From an uncultured Deferribacteres bacterium (GTDB taxonomy: Bacteria; Zhuqueibacterota; Zhuqueibacteria; Zhuqueibacterales; Geothermadaptataceae): a stretch of DNA of 11,831 nt. How positions within the stretch are numbered: position 1 is the stretch's first letter; each line of letters opens with the position of its first letter. The DNA lies in the NCBI GenBank assembly GCA_964014485.1, contig CAXHAT010000219.1, positions 1-11,831 on the forward strand. The letters are read 5' to 3'. Below the pieces are notes generated by a model that saw nothing but the letters and a program-made list of their open reading frames with translations, had not been told where the DNA came from and ran no database searches. Below, in pieces: positions 1-9,889 of the stretch. Position numbers and translations under genes: made by a program.

Positions 1-767
1 GCTCTTAGTTGAGCCAGTCCGACTTTTTCGAATATAGGTTGGTGCGAAGTTGGCAATATCCAAGTCTCGTAAGGCTTTCTTGCAGCAAAGGGGGCCAAAG
101 CAACAAAATCGTCTTGGCGGGAGATAATTCGTGCATCGTTTTTTAATTCGTTCTTTATCATCCCGCATACGAGGCAGTTTCTGTTCTGAGAAAAGTGTTT
201 TCTAAACAAAGAGAATTCCCTTTTCACCCTTTGGGGGATAAAGTTTGTTGCAAGTACTTGGGAGTGAGGATGAATCAAAGAAGCTCCAGCGTCCGCGCCT
301 TCGTTTTTAAAAATTACAAAGCTCTTCAAAGCCGGATTCTTTCGAAACGCAGCAATCCGGCTCTGGAACGTTTGAAAAATTTTTGTTATTCGGCGCACGC
401 TTAAATTTGCAAAGCTTTCATTATGGATGGGAGACTCAATCACGACTTCATGTTCTCCGCAGCAGCCTTGAATGTTCGCATTTGCGTGATCCCTATGATT
501 TTCATTGAAAAGCGTTGGGTTTATCATTGGAAATTTGTTCGGAACAACTCTAATATCCCAAGCGGCGGAATCGTTTTCTTGTGGTACAGTCAGGATTTCA
601 GGCGGCGTTAACTTTTCATTTCCAGGGCAAAAAGGACAGCTCGAATGCAAGCTTTTAGTATTTCCCGAAGCGTCTTTGAAATCTTGCGGCCTGAATCTTC
701 TATTCGCGGCGATTATGACAGTTTCGCCGGTGATTATATCTTTTCTCAACTCAGACGCTTCGAACAT
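1..767 (-). CDS. galT: GalT-family (galactose-1-phosphate uridylyltransferase-like) nucleotidyltransferase, 3'-partial (runs off left edge)
   Basis: My translation from ATG 767, open to the window edge: MFEASELRKDIITGETVIIAANRRFRP...SCPFCPGNEKLTPPEI...WDIRVVPNKFP...GEHEVVIESPIH...IFKNEGADAGASLIHPHSQ...CLVCGMIKNEL...FVALAPFAARKPYETWILP. It has the CPFC Zn motif (627-638) and the catalytic HPHSQ motif (258-272). It starts 14 nt after the upstream stop. The family is secure; the substrate is not. Confidence 0.92.
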   Translation of the reverse strand, partial: MFEASELRKDIITGETVIIAANRRFRPQDFKDASGNTKSLHSSCPFCPGNEKLTPPEILTVPQENDSAAWDIRVVPNKFPMINPTLFNENHRDHANANIQGCCGEHEVVIESPIHNESFANLSVRRITKIFQTFQSRIAAFRKNPALKSFVIFKNEGADAGASLIHPHSQVLATNFIPQRVKREFSLFRKHFSQNRNCLVCGMIKNELKNDARIISRQDDFVALAPFAARKPYETWILPTSHQPIFEKVGLAQLR

Positions 768-781
768 TCCGGCTATTGCAA

Positions 782-1651
782 CTATAGTTTGTCAATATGC
801 CTTTGCGCCAGATCGACGAATTCGCTGCGCGGATGGTTTGCTATGAGCAATTCGAATTGTGATTTGGCCGCTGCGGGTTTGTTTAATCTCAAATATGTCA
901 GTCCCAATTTCAACAAGGCGTCGTCGGATTTGTTAGAATTTGAATATCGAAACACCTTCTCAAATTCTACAATAGCCTGGTCATAGTTTTTCAAAGCATA
1001 ATAGCACTCGCCAATCCAATACTGGCAATTATCGGCCAGTGATTGTCGAACGTTTGATCCAAGCAGTGCACTGAACATGCTGATGGCTTCGCGATACCGA
1101 CGGGCTTGATACGTAGCATATGCGTCTTGGTAACTTCCGCTTGCCGTACCGGTCGCAGCAGCAGGAACCGGCTGAGATCTCGGGACTGAGCGGGAAGCGC
1201 CTCCAGCCTGAAGACTGCTGATTGTCCTGTCTCTATCGGCGACTTGACTTCTCAGGTCGCTGATTACAGCATCTCTTTTGCTCAGATCATCCTGAAGTTC
1301 GCGAACTCTTAAACGCAAAGTGTTAGGGTCATCGCTATCGATGTCGGTAAATGCTGGTTGGGCGGGCGCGGTTTCCGTGGCTGGGTCGTCTTTCTTAATG
1401 CCGAGCAATCTCAGCACCTCGTCTTCTTCACTGCCCGTCGGAGCGGACGTGTCGCCAGTCGCTTCAAGACCTTGCTCGCCCCCGTCTTGAATTCCTAACA
1501 ATTGATCGATGTTAACGTCCGGGTTGTCACTTCCGGTCAATTCTTCTTTGTTCCCGCTTCCGCCGCAGGCCGCTACGAGTATCGATAGCAACCCGGCCAA
1601 AATCACAAATCGAAAACGATCATTTGAAATCAAAATGTGCGGAGCTCTCAT
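782..1651 (-). CDS. CpoB/YbgF-like TPR lipoprotein (signal peptide II, acidic linker, coiled coil, C-terminal TPRs)
   Basis: Hydrophobic N-terminus ending LVAA-C29 (lipobox). Heptad-like LRLRVRELQDDLSKRDAVISDLRSQV. C-terminal YQDAYATY...ADNCQYWIGECYY...YDQAIVEFEKV...SNKSDDALLKLG...FELLIANHPRSE resembles the YbgF/CpoB TPR domain. GGAGG SD 8 nt upstream. Confidence 0.8.
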   Translation of the reverse strand: MRAPHILISNDRFRFVILAGLLSILVAACGGSGNKEELTGSDNPDVNIDQLLGIQDGGEQGLEATGDTSAPTGSEEDEVLRLLGIKKDDPATETAPAQPAFTDIDSDDPNTLRLRVRELQDDLSKRDAVISDLRSQVADRDRTISSLQAGGASRSVPRSQPVPAAATGTASGSYQDAYATYQARRYREAISMFSALLGSNVRQSLADNCQYWIGECYYALKNYDQAIVEFEKVFRYSNSNKSDDALLKLGLTYLRLNKPAAAKSQFELLIANHPRSEFVDLAQRHIDKL

Positions 1652-1659
1652 TGTTATTT

Positions 1660-1664
1660 CCTCC
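1660..1664 (-). promoter_or_regulatory. Shine-Dalgarno site of the TPR lipoprotein gene
   Basis: Minus strand reads GGAGG-AAATAACA-ATG(1651). Confidence 0.8.
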
Positions 1665-1873
1665 AGGGAACGGTTTTAACACAAAACTATTTAGAAGGCT
1701 GTTGATTATGCTTAATTAGAAAACTGCTCGTAAAATTTTTGTGTGGATGAATATTCTTCAGACAGGCAGGGTGATTCAGAGACTTAAGTAATTTACAAGA
1801 GGACAAAACCAGCTCTTTCTTTGCTCATCTTATACTAATTTGATTTTTCTGAAGCGACGGAAAATCGATTTAA

Positions 1874-1902
1874 ATACTAATAAAAATAAATGTTAGATGC
1901 AA
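1874..1902 (-). promoter_or_regulatory. Candidate sigma70-type promoter for the TPR lipoprotein-galT genes
   Basis: TTGCAT (1902-1897), 17-nt spacer, TAGTAT (1879-1874) in AT-rich intergenic DNA just after the rodA stop. Confidence 0.45.
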
Positions 1903-1923
1903 CTCAATTTTGCCAAGAGAGCG

Positions 1924-3150
1924 TCAGAGATAAAGGAACCGGCGACGTGCGCCGTTCACGACAAGACCGACCAAAATCATACTGATGAGCAATGATGATC
2001 CACCATAACTCAAGAAAGGCAGAGGCAGGCCGGTTACCGGCATAATACCAACCGTCATCCCGACGTTGATTAAAACGTGAAAGGCCAGGATAACAACAGC
2101 GCCAATACAAATAAGGCTTGCGTACTCGCTTTTCTGTTCCTTCGCTACCTTCAATGAACGACTAAACAACAAAAAAAACGCCGCCAGAACGAGCATAGCG
2201 CCTAGAAACCCGAACTCTTCTCCAATAACCGAAAAGATAAAATCCGTATGTTGCTCAGGCAAAAACCGCAAATGTGTTTGCGTACCTTCCAGGAAGCCTT
2301 TGCCCCAGAAATGCCCGGAACCTATAGCCACTTTTGATTGAAGCACTTGATAGCCTGCTCCTTGAGGATCCTGAATCAACCCAAGGAATGTCAATACTCT
2401 GTTTTTTTGATAATTGTGCAATTGAGACCACAGCAAGGGCGTAATCACGCCAACAGCAATATTTAAAAGAAAATTTGGAATGATCACTTTAATGCTTCGG
2501 CCGGAGAAGGCCATTGCGCCAACCAGGATCGCCATAACAATAAAAAACGCCGTCAGATTAAATGCCGCAACTAGCGTAATTAGCGGCGCGACAAACAAGA
2601 AAATCGTGAATCCTGACATCCCTCCCCAGTACAAGGCGGGCAGCAAAATCGCGGGAAAAACAAGTGCGGTTCCCAAGTCGGGTTGGCGAACAATCAGGAG
2701 CATGGGAATAAAAACAATGAGAAACACCGTGGCTATGCTGCGAATCTCGGTCAATCGGCGCTCACCGGTGGAAATATACTTTGCAAGCGCGAGCAACGTG
2801 GCAATTTTTGCGATTTCAGACGGCTGAAACCTGAATGGGCCTAAAACAAACCACCTTTTAACGCCAGTCCCGCTGCCAAGAAACAATACTGCGATAAGTA
2901 AAATGACCGTAAAAATATATAATGGATAGGATGCGTTATAAATCAACCTCATTGGAATCAGAACCGTCCCCCCTAGAAGAATCAGTCCCAAACCTATGCG
3001 TATAATGTGCTTGGTGAAAACGGCTCCTGAAGATGGATTGGCGCTGTGAGTTGCGCTAAAAACCGCAGCAGCTCCAACAACCAGGAGAAAGACAGTCGTT
3101 GAGACGATGACCCAATCGGGTTTTTCCAAATTTTGATTATCGTGCAGCAT
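1924..3150 (-). CDS. rodA: Rod shape-determining SEDS peptidoglycan glycosyltransferase RodA
   Basis: Polytopic membrane protein with RW...FQPSEIAK, QPDLGTA, GAGYQVLQSKVAIGSG, FLPEQHTDFIFSVIGEEFG and PVTGLPLPFLSYGGSS. Directly follows mrdA. Confidence 0.96.
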   Translation of the reverse strand: MLHDNQNLEKPDWVIVSTTVFLLVVGAAAVFSATHSANPSSGAVFTKHIIRIGLGLILLGGTVLIPMRLIYNASYPLYIFTVILLIAVLFLGSGTGVKRWFVLGPFRFQPSEIAKIATLLALAKYISTGERRLTEIRSIATVFLIVFIPMLLIVRQPDLGTALVFPAILLPALYWGGMSGFTIFLFVAPLITLVAAFNLTAFFIVMAILVGAMAFSGRSIKVIIPNFLLNIAVGVITPLLWSQLHNYQKNRVLTFLGLIQDPQGAGYQVLQSKVAIGSGHFWGKGFLEGTQTHLRFLPEQHTDFIFSVIGEEFGFLGAMLVLAAFFLLFSRSLKVAKEQKSEYASLICIGAVVILAFHVLINVGMTVGIMPVTGLPLPFLSYGGSSLLISMILVGLVVNGARRRFLYL

Positions 3151-3176
3151 TGATTTACAACAAGACGAATATGATC

Positions 3177-4973
3177 TTACTCAAACGGCGTGATCTTCCC
3201 CGAATCCAATAAAAATTTTAGAATCCTCCCAGCGATTGGAGCCGCTTCAGCGCCACCGCCGCCTCCGTGCTCCAGAAAAATTGAAAACGCAACAATCGGA
3301 TTCTCAAAAGGAGCGAAGCCGATGAACCATGCGTGGTTTTCGCCCTGAGGCGCCTGAGCAGTGCCCGTTTTGCCTGCAACAAAAATTCGTCTCGGATTAG
3401 CGCTTTTTGCCGTGCCGTTAACGCCGTGAACAACGTCGCGCATTCCACCCAAGACCAAGTCCCACGTTTTCTTTTTGAAAATGCCGATTTTGACCGTGTC
3501 CGCCCAAACCGTCGCGATGCTTGACCGTTGTTCTCCGGGCGCGTAGACTTCTTTTAAAATATGCGGGCGAAAAGCGAGGCCGCGATTGGCTAAACTCATG
3601 GCAAAAAAGGCGGTTTGCAAAGGCGTTGCCAACAAATCGCCCTGGCCAATTGAGATATTCCAAAGCAGCCCCTGACTCCATTGTCCTTTGCCGTAAGTTC
3701 TGTCAAAATATGCTAAATCCGGCACCAGTCCTTTTGCTTCATTCGGCAAATCAATATTCGTCTGTTCTCCAAACTTGAACATCCGTGAGTAGTGAACCCA
3801 GTTCTCAAGGCCGACTTTTTGAATTGCGCGAAAAAAATAAACATTGCACGATTGCTCAATGGCCTGCCGTAGATTTACTGAACCATGCCCGCCAGCTTTC
3901 CAGCATCGAAACAAACGTTTCCCTAACTGCAAACCGCCTTGACAGAACACCGTTTGTTTCGGATTCAGCGTCCCCGTTTCCAGACCGGCGATTGCGGTTA
4001 TCAATTTGTATGGTGAACCCGGGGGGTAATTTCCTCGCAGCACGCGATCAAACAACGCATTCCGAGCAGGGTCGTTTAATTCATTCCAAACTTTGGTGGG
4101 AATTGATTTTGTAAAAATTGCCGGGTCATAATCCGGCTTGGAAACCATTGCCAAAACTTCGCCGTTCCGACAATTCAATACGACAACGCCGCCATTCCGC
4201 TCGCCCATTTCTTGCTCGATGAAACGCTGTACCTGACCGTCAAGCGTAAGCGCGATATTATAACCGGGGCGGGGCAATCGCTCGCCCACCGATTTCAATT
4301 CGCGCACTTCTCGGCCCAGAGCGTCAACTTCAACAAATTGGTCGCCCTTCTCCCCTCTCAGCGTGTCCTCGTAGAATTTTTCTACGCCGACTTTGCCAAT
4401 AATGTCCCCGCGCAGGTAGGCGGATTCTTCTTTTTGTCCAATTTCGGTTTCAGTGATTTCTCCCAGATAACCTAGCAGATGAGCCGCGATCGCCTTGTCC
4501 CGATAGAACCTCCTCGGCTCGATATCGTAAATGACGCCGGGCAAGTCGAGCTTGCGCTCCTCAATCAAAGCAATTTTGGAAAAATCGACGCTTTTCGCCA
4601 ATTTGACCTTCTTGAAAGGCCCAAGCCGTCTTTTGCGATATACGTCTTTCAATTTTTCTACAGGCAGTTCAAGAATTCCCGCAAGAATATGAAAGGCCGA
4701 ATCGGACTCGCTGACAACGCGCGGAATAACATATAATGAATACGACGGATGGTTGTCGACAAGAACGCTGTCTGAACGGTCGAGAATTAACCCTCGGGGC
4801 GGTTCCAGACGAATGTGTCTGATACGATTCTTCCAACTTTCTCTACCGTATTCTTCTCCCTCCAGGATTTGGATGAAGAAAAAACGGCCAACCAAAATAC
4901 AAAAAGCGACTCCAAGAAAAATCTGGAAAACCATCGCTTTTCTCGACGAATTGCTGTTGTTGTGAGCTCTCAT
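3177..4973 (-). CDS. mrdA: Penicillin-binding protein 2 (class B transpeptidase)
   Basis: N-terminal TM helix, PPRGLILDR pedestal motif, GKVGVEKFYE, catalytic motifs SxxK (PGSPYK), SxN (SCN) and KTG (GKTGTAQ). Lies in the mre operon. Confidence 0.96.
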   Translation of the reverse strand: MRAHNNSNSSRKAMVFQIFLGVAFCILVGRFFFIQILEGEEYGRESWKNRIRHIRLEPPRGLILDRSDSVLVDNHPSYSLYVIPRVVSESDSAFHILAGILELPVEKLKDVYRKRRLGPFKKVKLAKSVDFSKIALIEERKLDLPGVIYDIEPRRFYRDKAIAAHLLGYLGEITETEIGQKEESAYLRGDIIGKVGVEKFYEDTLRGEKGDQFVEVDALGREVRELKSVGERLPRPGYNIALTLDGQVQRFIEQEMGERNGGVVVLNCRNGEVLAMVSKPDYDPAIFTKSIPTKVWNELNDPARNALFDRVLRGNYPPGSPYKLITAIAGLETGTLNPKQTVFCQGGLQLGKRLFRCWKAGGHGSVNLRQAIEQSCNVYFFRAIQKVGLENWVHYSRMFKFGEQTNIDLPNEAKGLVPDLAYFDRTYGKGQWSQGLLWNISIGQGDLLATPLQTAFFAMSLANRGLAFRPHILKEVYAPGEQRSSIATVWADTVKIGIFKKKTWDLVLGGMRDVVHGVNGTAKSANPRRIFVAGKTGTAQAPQGENHAWFIGFAPFENPIVAFSIFLEHGGGGGAEAAPIAGRILKFLLDSGKITPFE

Positions 4974-5449
4974 TTATTCTCGCCCCGCAATCCGTTCGGC
5001 AGAAGATAATGCGCAATCCCTACAATGATCAACGTGTAGAAGGCGGCGGGTAAAACGTAATTGATCATTAAAACAAAAAACTCGAAGCCGCGATCTACCA
5101 GAGTCAAAAAATAGTACGTGAAATGATAAATGAAGACGATGACCAACAGAAAAATGATGTTCCCTTGAACGCCGAATCGGTTAATGTTCTTTGAAAAAAC
5201 GCCGGCCAAAAACCCTGCGATAACGAGCGCAATCATAGCCCCGCCTGTAAAACTAGAGAAAGAATCTAGAACGAATCCCAGAAAACACCCCGTCAACATT
5301 GCAGCAACGCCGCCTTCTCGAATCCCCAAAGTGATAACGCCGATGAAAATCAAATCAGGCACGAGGTAGGCGCCTAACAAAAACGGCAAAAACTCTATTT
5401 GCAGCAAAACCAACAGCAGGAACATCAGTGCATAGCTAATGATCTTCAT
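4970..5449 (-). CDS. mreD: Rod shape-determining protein MreD
   Basis: 159-aa highly hydrophobic protein with PDL and GFVLD motifs, between mreC and mrdA, with 4-nt ATGA overlaps at both ends. Confidence 0.88.
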   Translation of the reverse strand: MKIISYALMFLLLVLLQIEFLPFLLGAYLVPDLIFIGVITLGIREGGVAAMLTGCFLGFVLDSFSSFTGGAMIALVIAGFLAGVFSKNINRFGVQGNIIFLLVIVFIYHFTYYFLTLVDRGFEFFVLMINYVLPAAFYTLIIVGIAHYLLPNGLRGENK

Positions 5450-6273
5450 TGCACCTCATCCAGTGAAGATTCCGAAACGCTCGTGACCACAAATACTTCT
5501 TCCAGCCGAGTAAAATTGACGAACGGCTCCACTTTGATGACTTTGAACAATGAAGTCGGTTCGTTGTGGACTTCCTGCACAACGCCGACACGTAAGTTTT
5601 TCGGAAAAAACTTTGTGTAGCCAGAAGTAACAACCACGTCCCCCACACGCACGTCAGCATATTTTGGCGTTTGCTTCAGCTCACACAATTTGCCGTCGGC
5701 GTACGATAAAATGCCGTCAGCCCGCGTTCTTTCGATTTTACAAGCGACGCGAAAATTGTGATCCACGAGCAGATGGGCCGTCGAGCTTTCCTCGCCCACT
5801 CGAAAAACTTTGCCGCACAAGCCTTGCGGCGAAACGATGGGCATGTTTTTCTTTATCCCGTCTCTGGCGCCGGCGTCGATAACAATCGTCTGTGCGAATT
5901 CGCCCTTTTGAAACGCAATTATTTCCGCGGCGACAAGACGAAGGTCGCTCTCATTTTTCATATTGAGCATTTCGCGAAAACGGTAGTTTTCAAGTCCGGC
6001 TTGACGTAGTCGGCTGTTTTCCAGAAGCAATTCAGTCGTTCTCCGGCGCAAAGCTTTGACCTCAACATCAGAACTATTTCGGCTTTGATCCTGTGAAGAA
6101 GTGGAGAACATTCTGGCGAAAACGTCAACGAGTCCGGCACGAATCTGGTTGACTTGGGGGCTCTCTCGTTGGAAAAGGAGTGCGATAGAAATGATCAGGC
6201 AAAGGATAAAAACGCAGTACTCACGAAAAGAGATCGAAATGAAGCTGTCATAAACTCGATTTTTGGCATTCAC
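5446..6273 (-). CDS. mreC: Rod shape-determining protein MreC
   Basis: TM helix, coiled coil (LLLENSRLRQAGLENYRFREML), IVIDAGARDGIKKNMPIV, GDVVVTSG...FPKNLRVGVV. GTG start 6 nt after the mreB stop; the start is uncertain. Confidence 0.94.
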   Translation of the reverse strand: MNAKNRVYDSFISISFREYCVFILCLIISIALLFQRESPQVNQIRAGLVDVFARMFSTSSQDQSRNSSDVEVKALRRRTTELLLENSRLRQAGLENYRFREMLNMKNESDLRLVAAEIIAFQKGEFAQTIVIDAGARDGIKKNMPIVSPQGLCGKVFRVGEESSTAHLLVDHNFRVACKIERTRADGILSYADGKLCELKQTPKYADVRVGDVVVTSGYTKFFPKNLRVGVVQEVHNEPTSLFKVIKVEPFVNFTRLEEVFVVTSVSESSLDEVQ

Positions 6274-6279
6274 GGCAAA

Positions 6280-8909
<2,630 letters not shown>

Positions 8910-8947
8910 TATTGACTCGTGAAATGACTATTTGAAGCGCTGTTTAA

Positions 8948-9080
8948 GAGAGCCCAAATATGAAGCCCTCGATTGTCATTCTGAAAAAATCTTTGTTATC
9001 GTCTGGTTCAGATTTCAAGGGGTTAAATTTAAAAAAAATACTTACAGCATGACAATTAAGGGGGTTATAGGGACGCTCTC
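8948..9080. mobile_element. Candidate MITE / non-autonomous IS remnant (133 bp)
   Basis: Ends GAGAGC...GCTCTC, flanked by direct TAA (8945-8947 and 9081-9083), long degenerate inverted arms, no credible ORF. Only one copy is visible in this window. Confidence 0.4.
9026..9055 (-). promoter_or_regulatory. Candidate sigma70-type promoter facing purH-mreBCD-mrdA-rodA
   Basis: TTGTCA (9055-9050), 18-nt spacer, TAAATT (9031-9026). Confidence 0.35.
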
Positions 9081-9185
9081 TAAGATATTTAATATTAAGC
9101 GGTAATCGCGTGTTAAACAACAAATAATGAACAGGCGGAAAGATTAATCAAGAATGGATGAAATTCGGCGGACAAGCATGTGGAC

Positions 9186-9830
9186 TCACGATTCAATCAT
9201 AACTTTTCGACCAATAATTTTAATCCTGTTTCTCGCAAATAAATCGACGGCTTTCGGCAAAATGCGGTGTTCAACGAACAGTATTCTCTCGGCCAGCGTC
9301 TCCGGTGAATCGTCATCCAAAACGGGCACGGTTTGTTGGATAATCGGCGGCCCAGTGTCATATTCCGCGCTCACGATATGCACAGTAGCGCCGGAAACTT
9401 TGCAGCCGTAGTCGAGCACCGCTTTGTGAACGTGCTTGCCATACATTCCCTTGCCGCCAAATGCTGGCAGCAGCGCCGGATGAACATTGATAATGCGATT
9501 TTTGAAAGCAGTGACAACCGCCTCTGGAATTTTGCGCAGAAAACCAGCCAAGACAAGCAGCGCGGGATTGTACTCGTCGAGTATGGCAGACAATTTTTCC
9601 GATAACGCGCCTTCATTGCGAAAATCTTCTTTTTCCAGCCAATGGCCGGGTATTCCATTTTCCTTCGCAAACGCCAAACCGCCTGCATCTTTAGAACTGC
9701 TAATGACGCACCTGATTTCCGCTGGAACGTTGCCTCTAACAATTTCCTTGTGAATCGCGACAAGATTTGACCCGCGACCGGAAATAAAAACAACGATCGG
9801 CAGCTTGGGAAACGAATGGTTTTGTGACAT
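9186..9830 (-). CDS. purN: Phosphoribosylglycinamide formyltransferase
   Basis: VFISGRGSNL, LVLAGF, INVHPALLPAFGGKGMYG, SGATVHIV and YDTGPPIIQ. Upstream of purH. Confidence 0.96.
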   Translation of the reverse strand: MSQNHSFPKLPIVVFISGRGSNLVAIHKEIVRGNVPAEIRCVISSSKDAGGLAFAKENGIPGHWLEKEDFRNEGALSEKLSAILDEYNPALLVLAGFLRKIPEAVVTAFKNRIINVHPALLPAFGGKGMYGKHVHKAVLDYGCKVSGATVHIVSAEYDTGPPIIQQTVPVLDDDSPETLAERILFVEHRILPKAVDLFARNRIKIIGRKVMIES

Positions 9831-9889
9831 ACTTAATCTTAAAGTTCTAAATCATTATGGGTACAAGGAGCCGCATATTTATTGCTCAA

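Larger units (their letters stand above)
8947..9081. repeat. Long imperfect ungapped inverted repeat (arms 8947-8998 and 9030-9081)
   Basis: By hand alignment, the left arm matches the reverse complement of the right arm at 36 of 52 positions with no gaps. Blocks include AGAGAGC/GCTCTCT, CCCT/AGGG, ATTGTCAT/ATGACAAT and CTG/CAG. Confidence 0.75.

Noticed and set aside
195..986. Plus-strand ORFs 195..404, 423..611, 505..846 and 645..986
   Set aside because: They are antisense shadows of the GalT-family and lipoprotein genes and have no recognisable motifs.
1793..1828. 11-codon minus-strand ORF MSKERAGFVLL in the lipoprotein leader
   Set aside because: No SD, no attenuator hairpin and no biased residue run. 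An ORF this short is expected by chance.
1642..4974. Identical 11-mer GAGCTCTCATT at the starts of the lipoprotein gene (1642-1652) and mrdA (4964-4974); both proteins begin MRA
   Set aside because: It includes the obligatory ATG and the similarity does not extend further, so it is probably coincidence.
9019..9067. GGGGTTA direct repeat (9019-9025 and 9061-9067)
   Set aside because: Two 7-mers only, too short to support a separate claim. It is not CRISPR-like.
9073..9100. dif-like site around the TTAATATTAA palindrome
   Set aside because: Only 7 of 11 positions match the XerD arm TTATGTTAAAT, and there is no convincing XerC arm.
8910..9185. ZTP (pfl) or purine riboswitch upstream of purH
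   Set aside because: Expected from context, but I could not find the ZTP core (GACUGGCG...CGCCUGGG) or a purine aptamer core on the minus strand. An Rfam scan would settle it.
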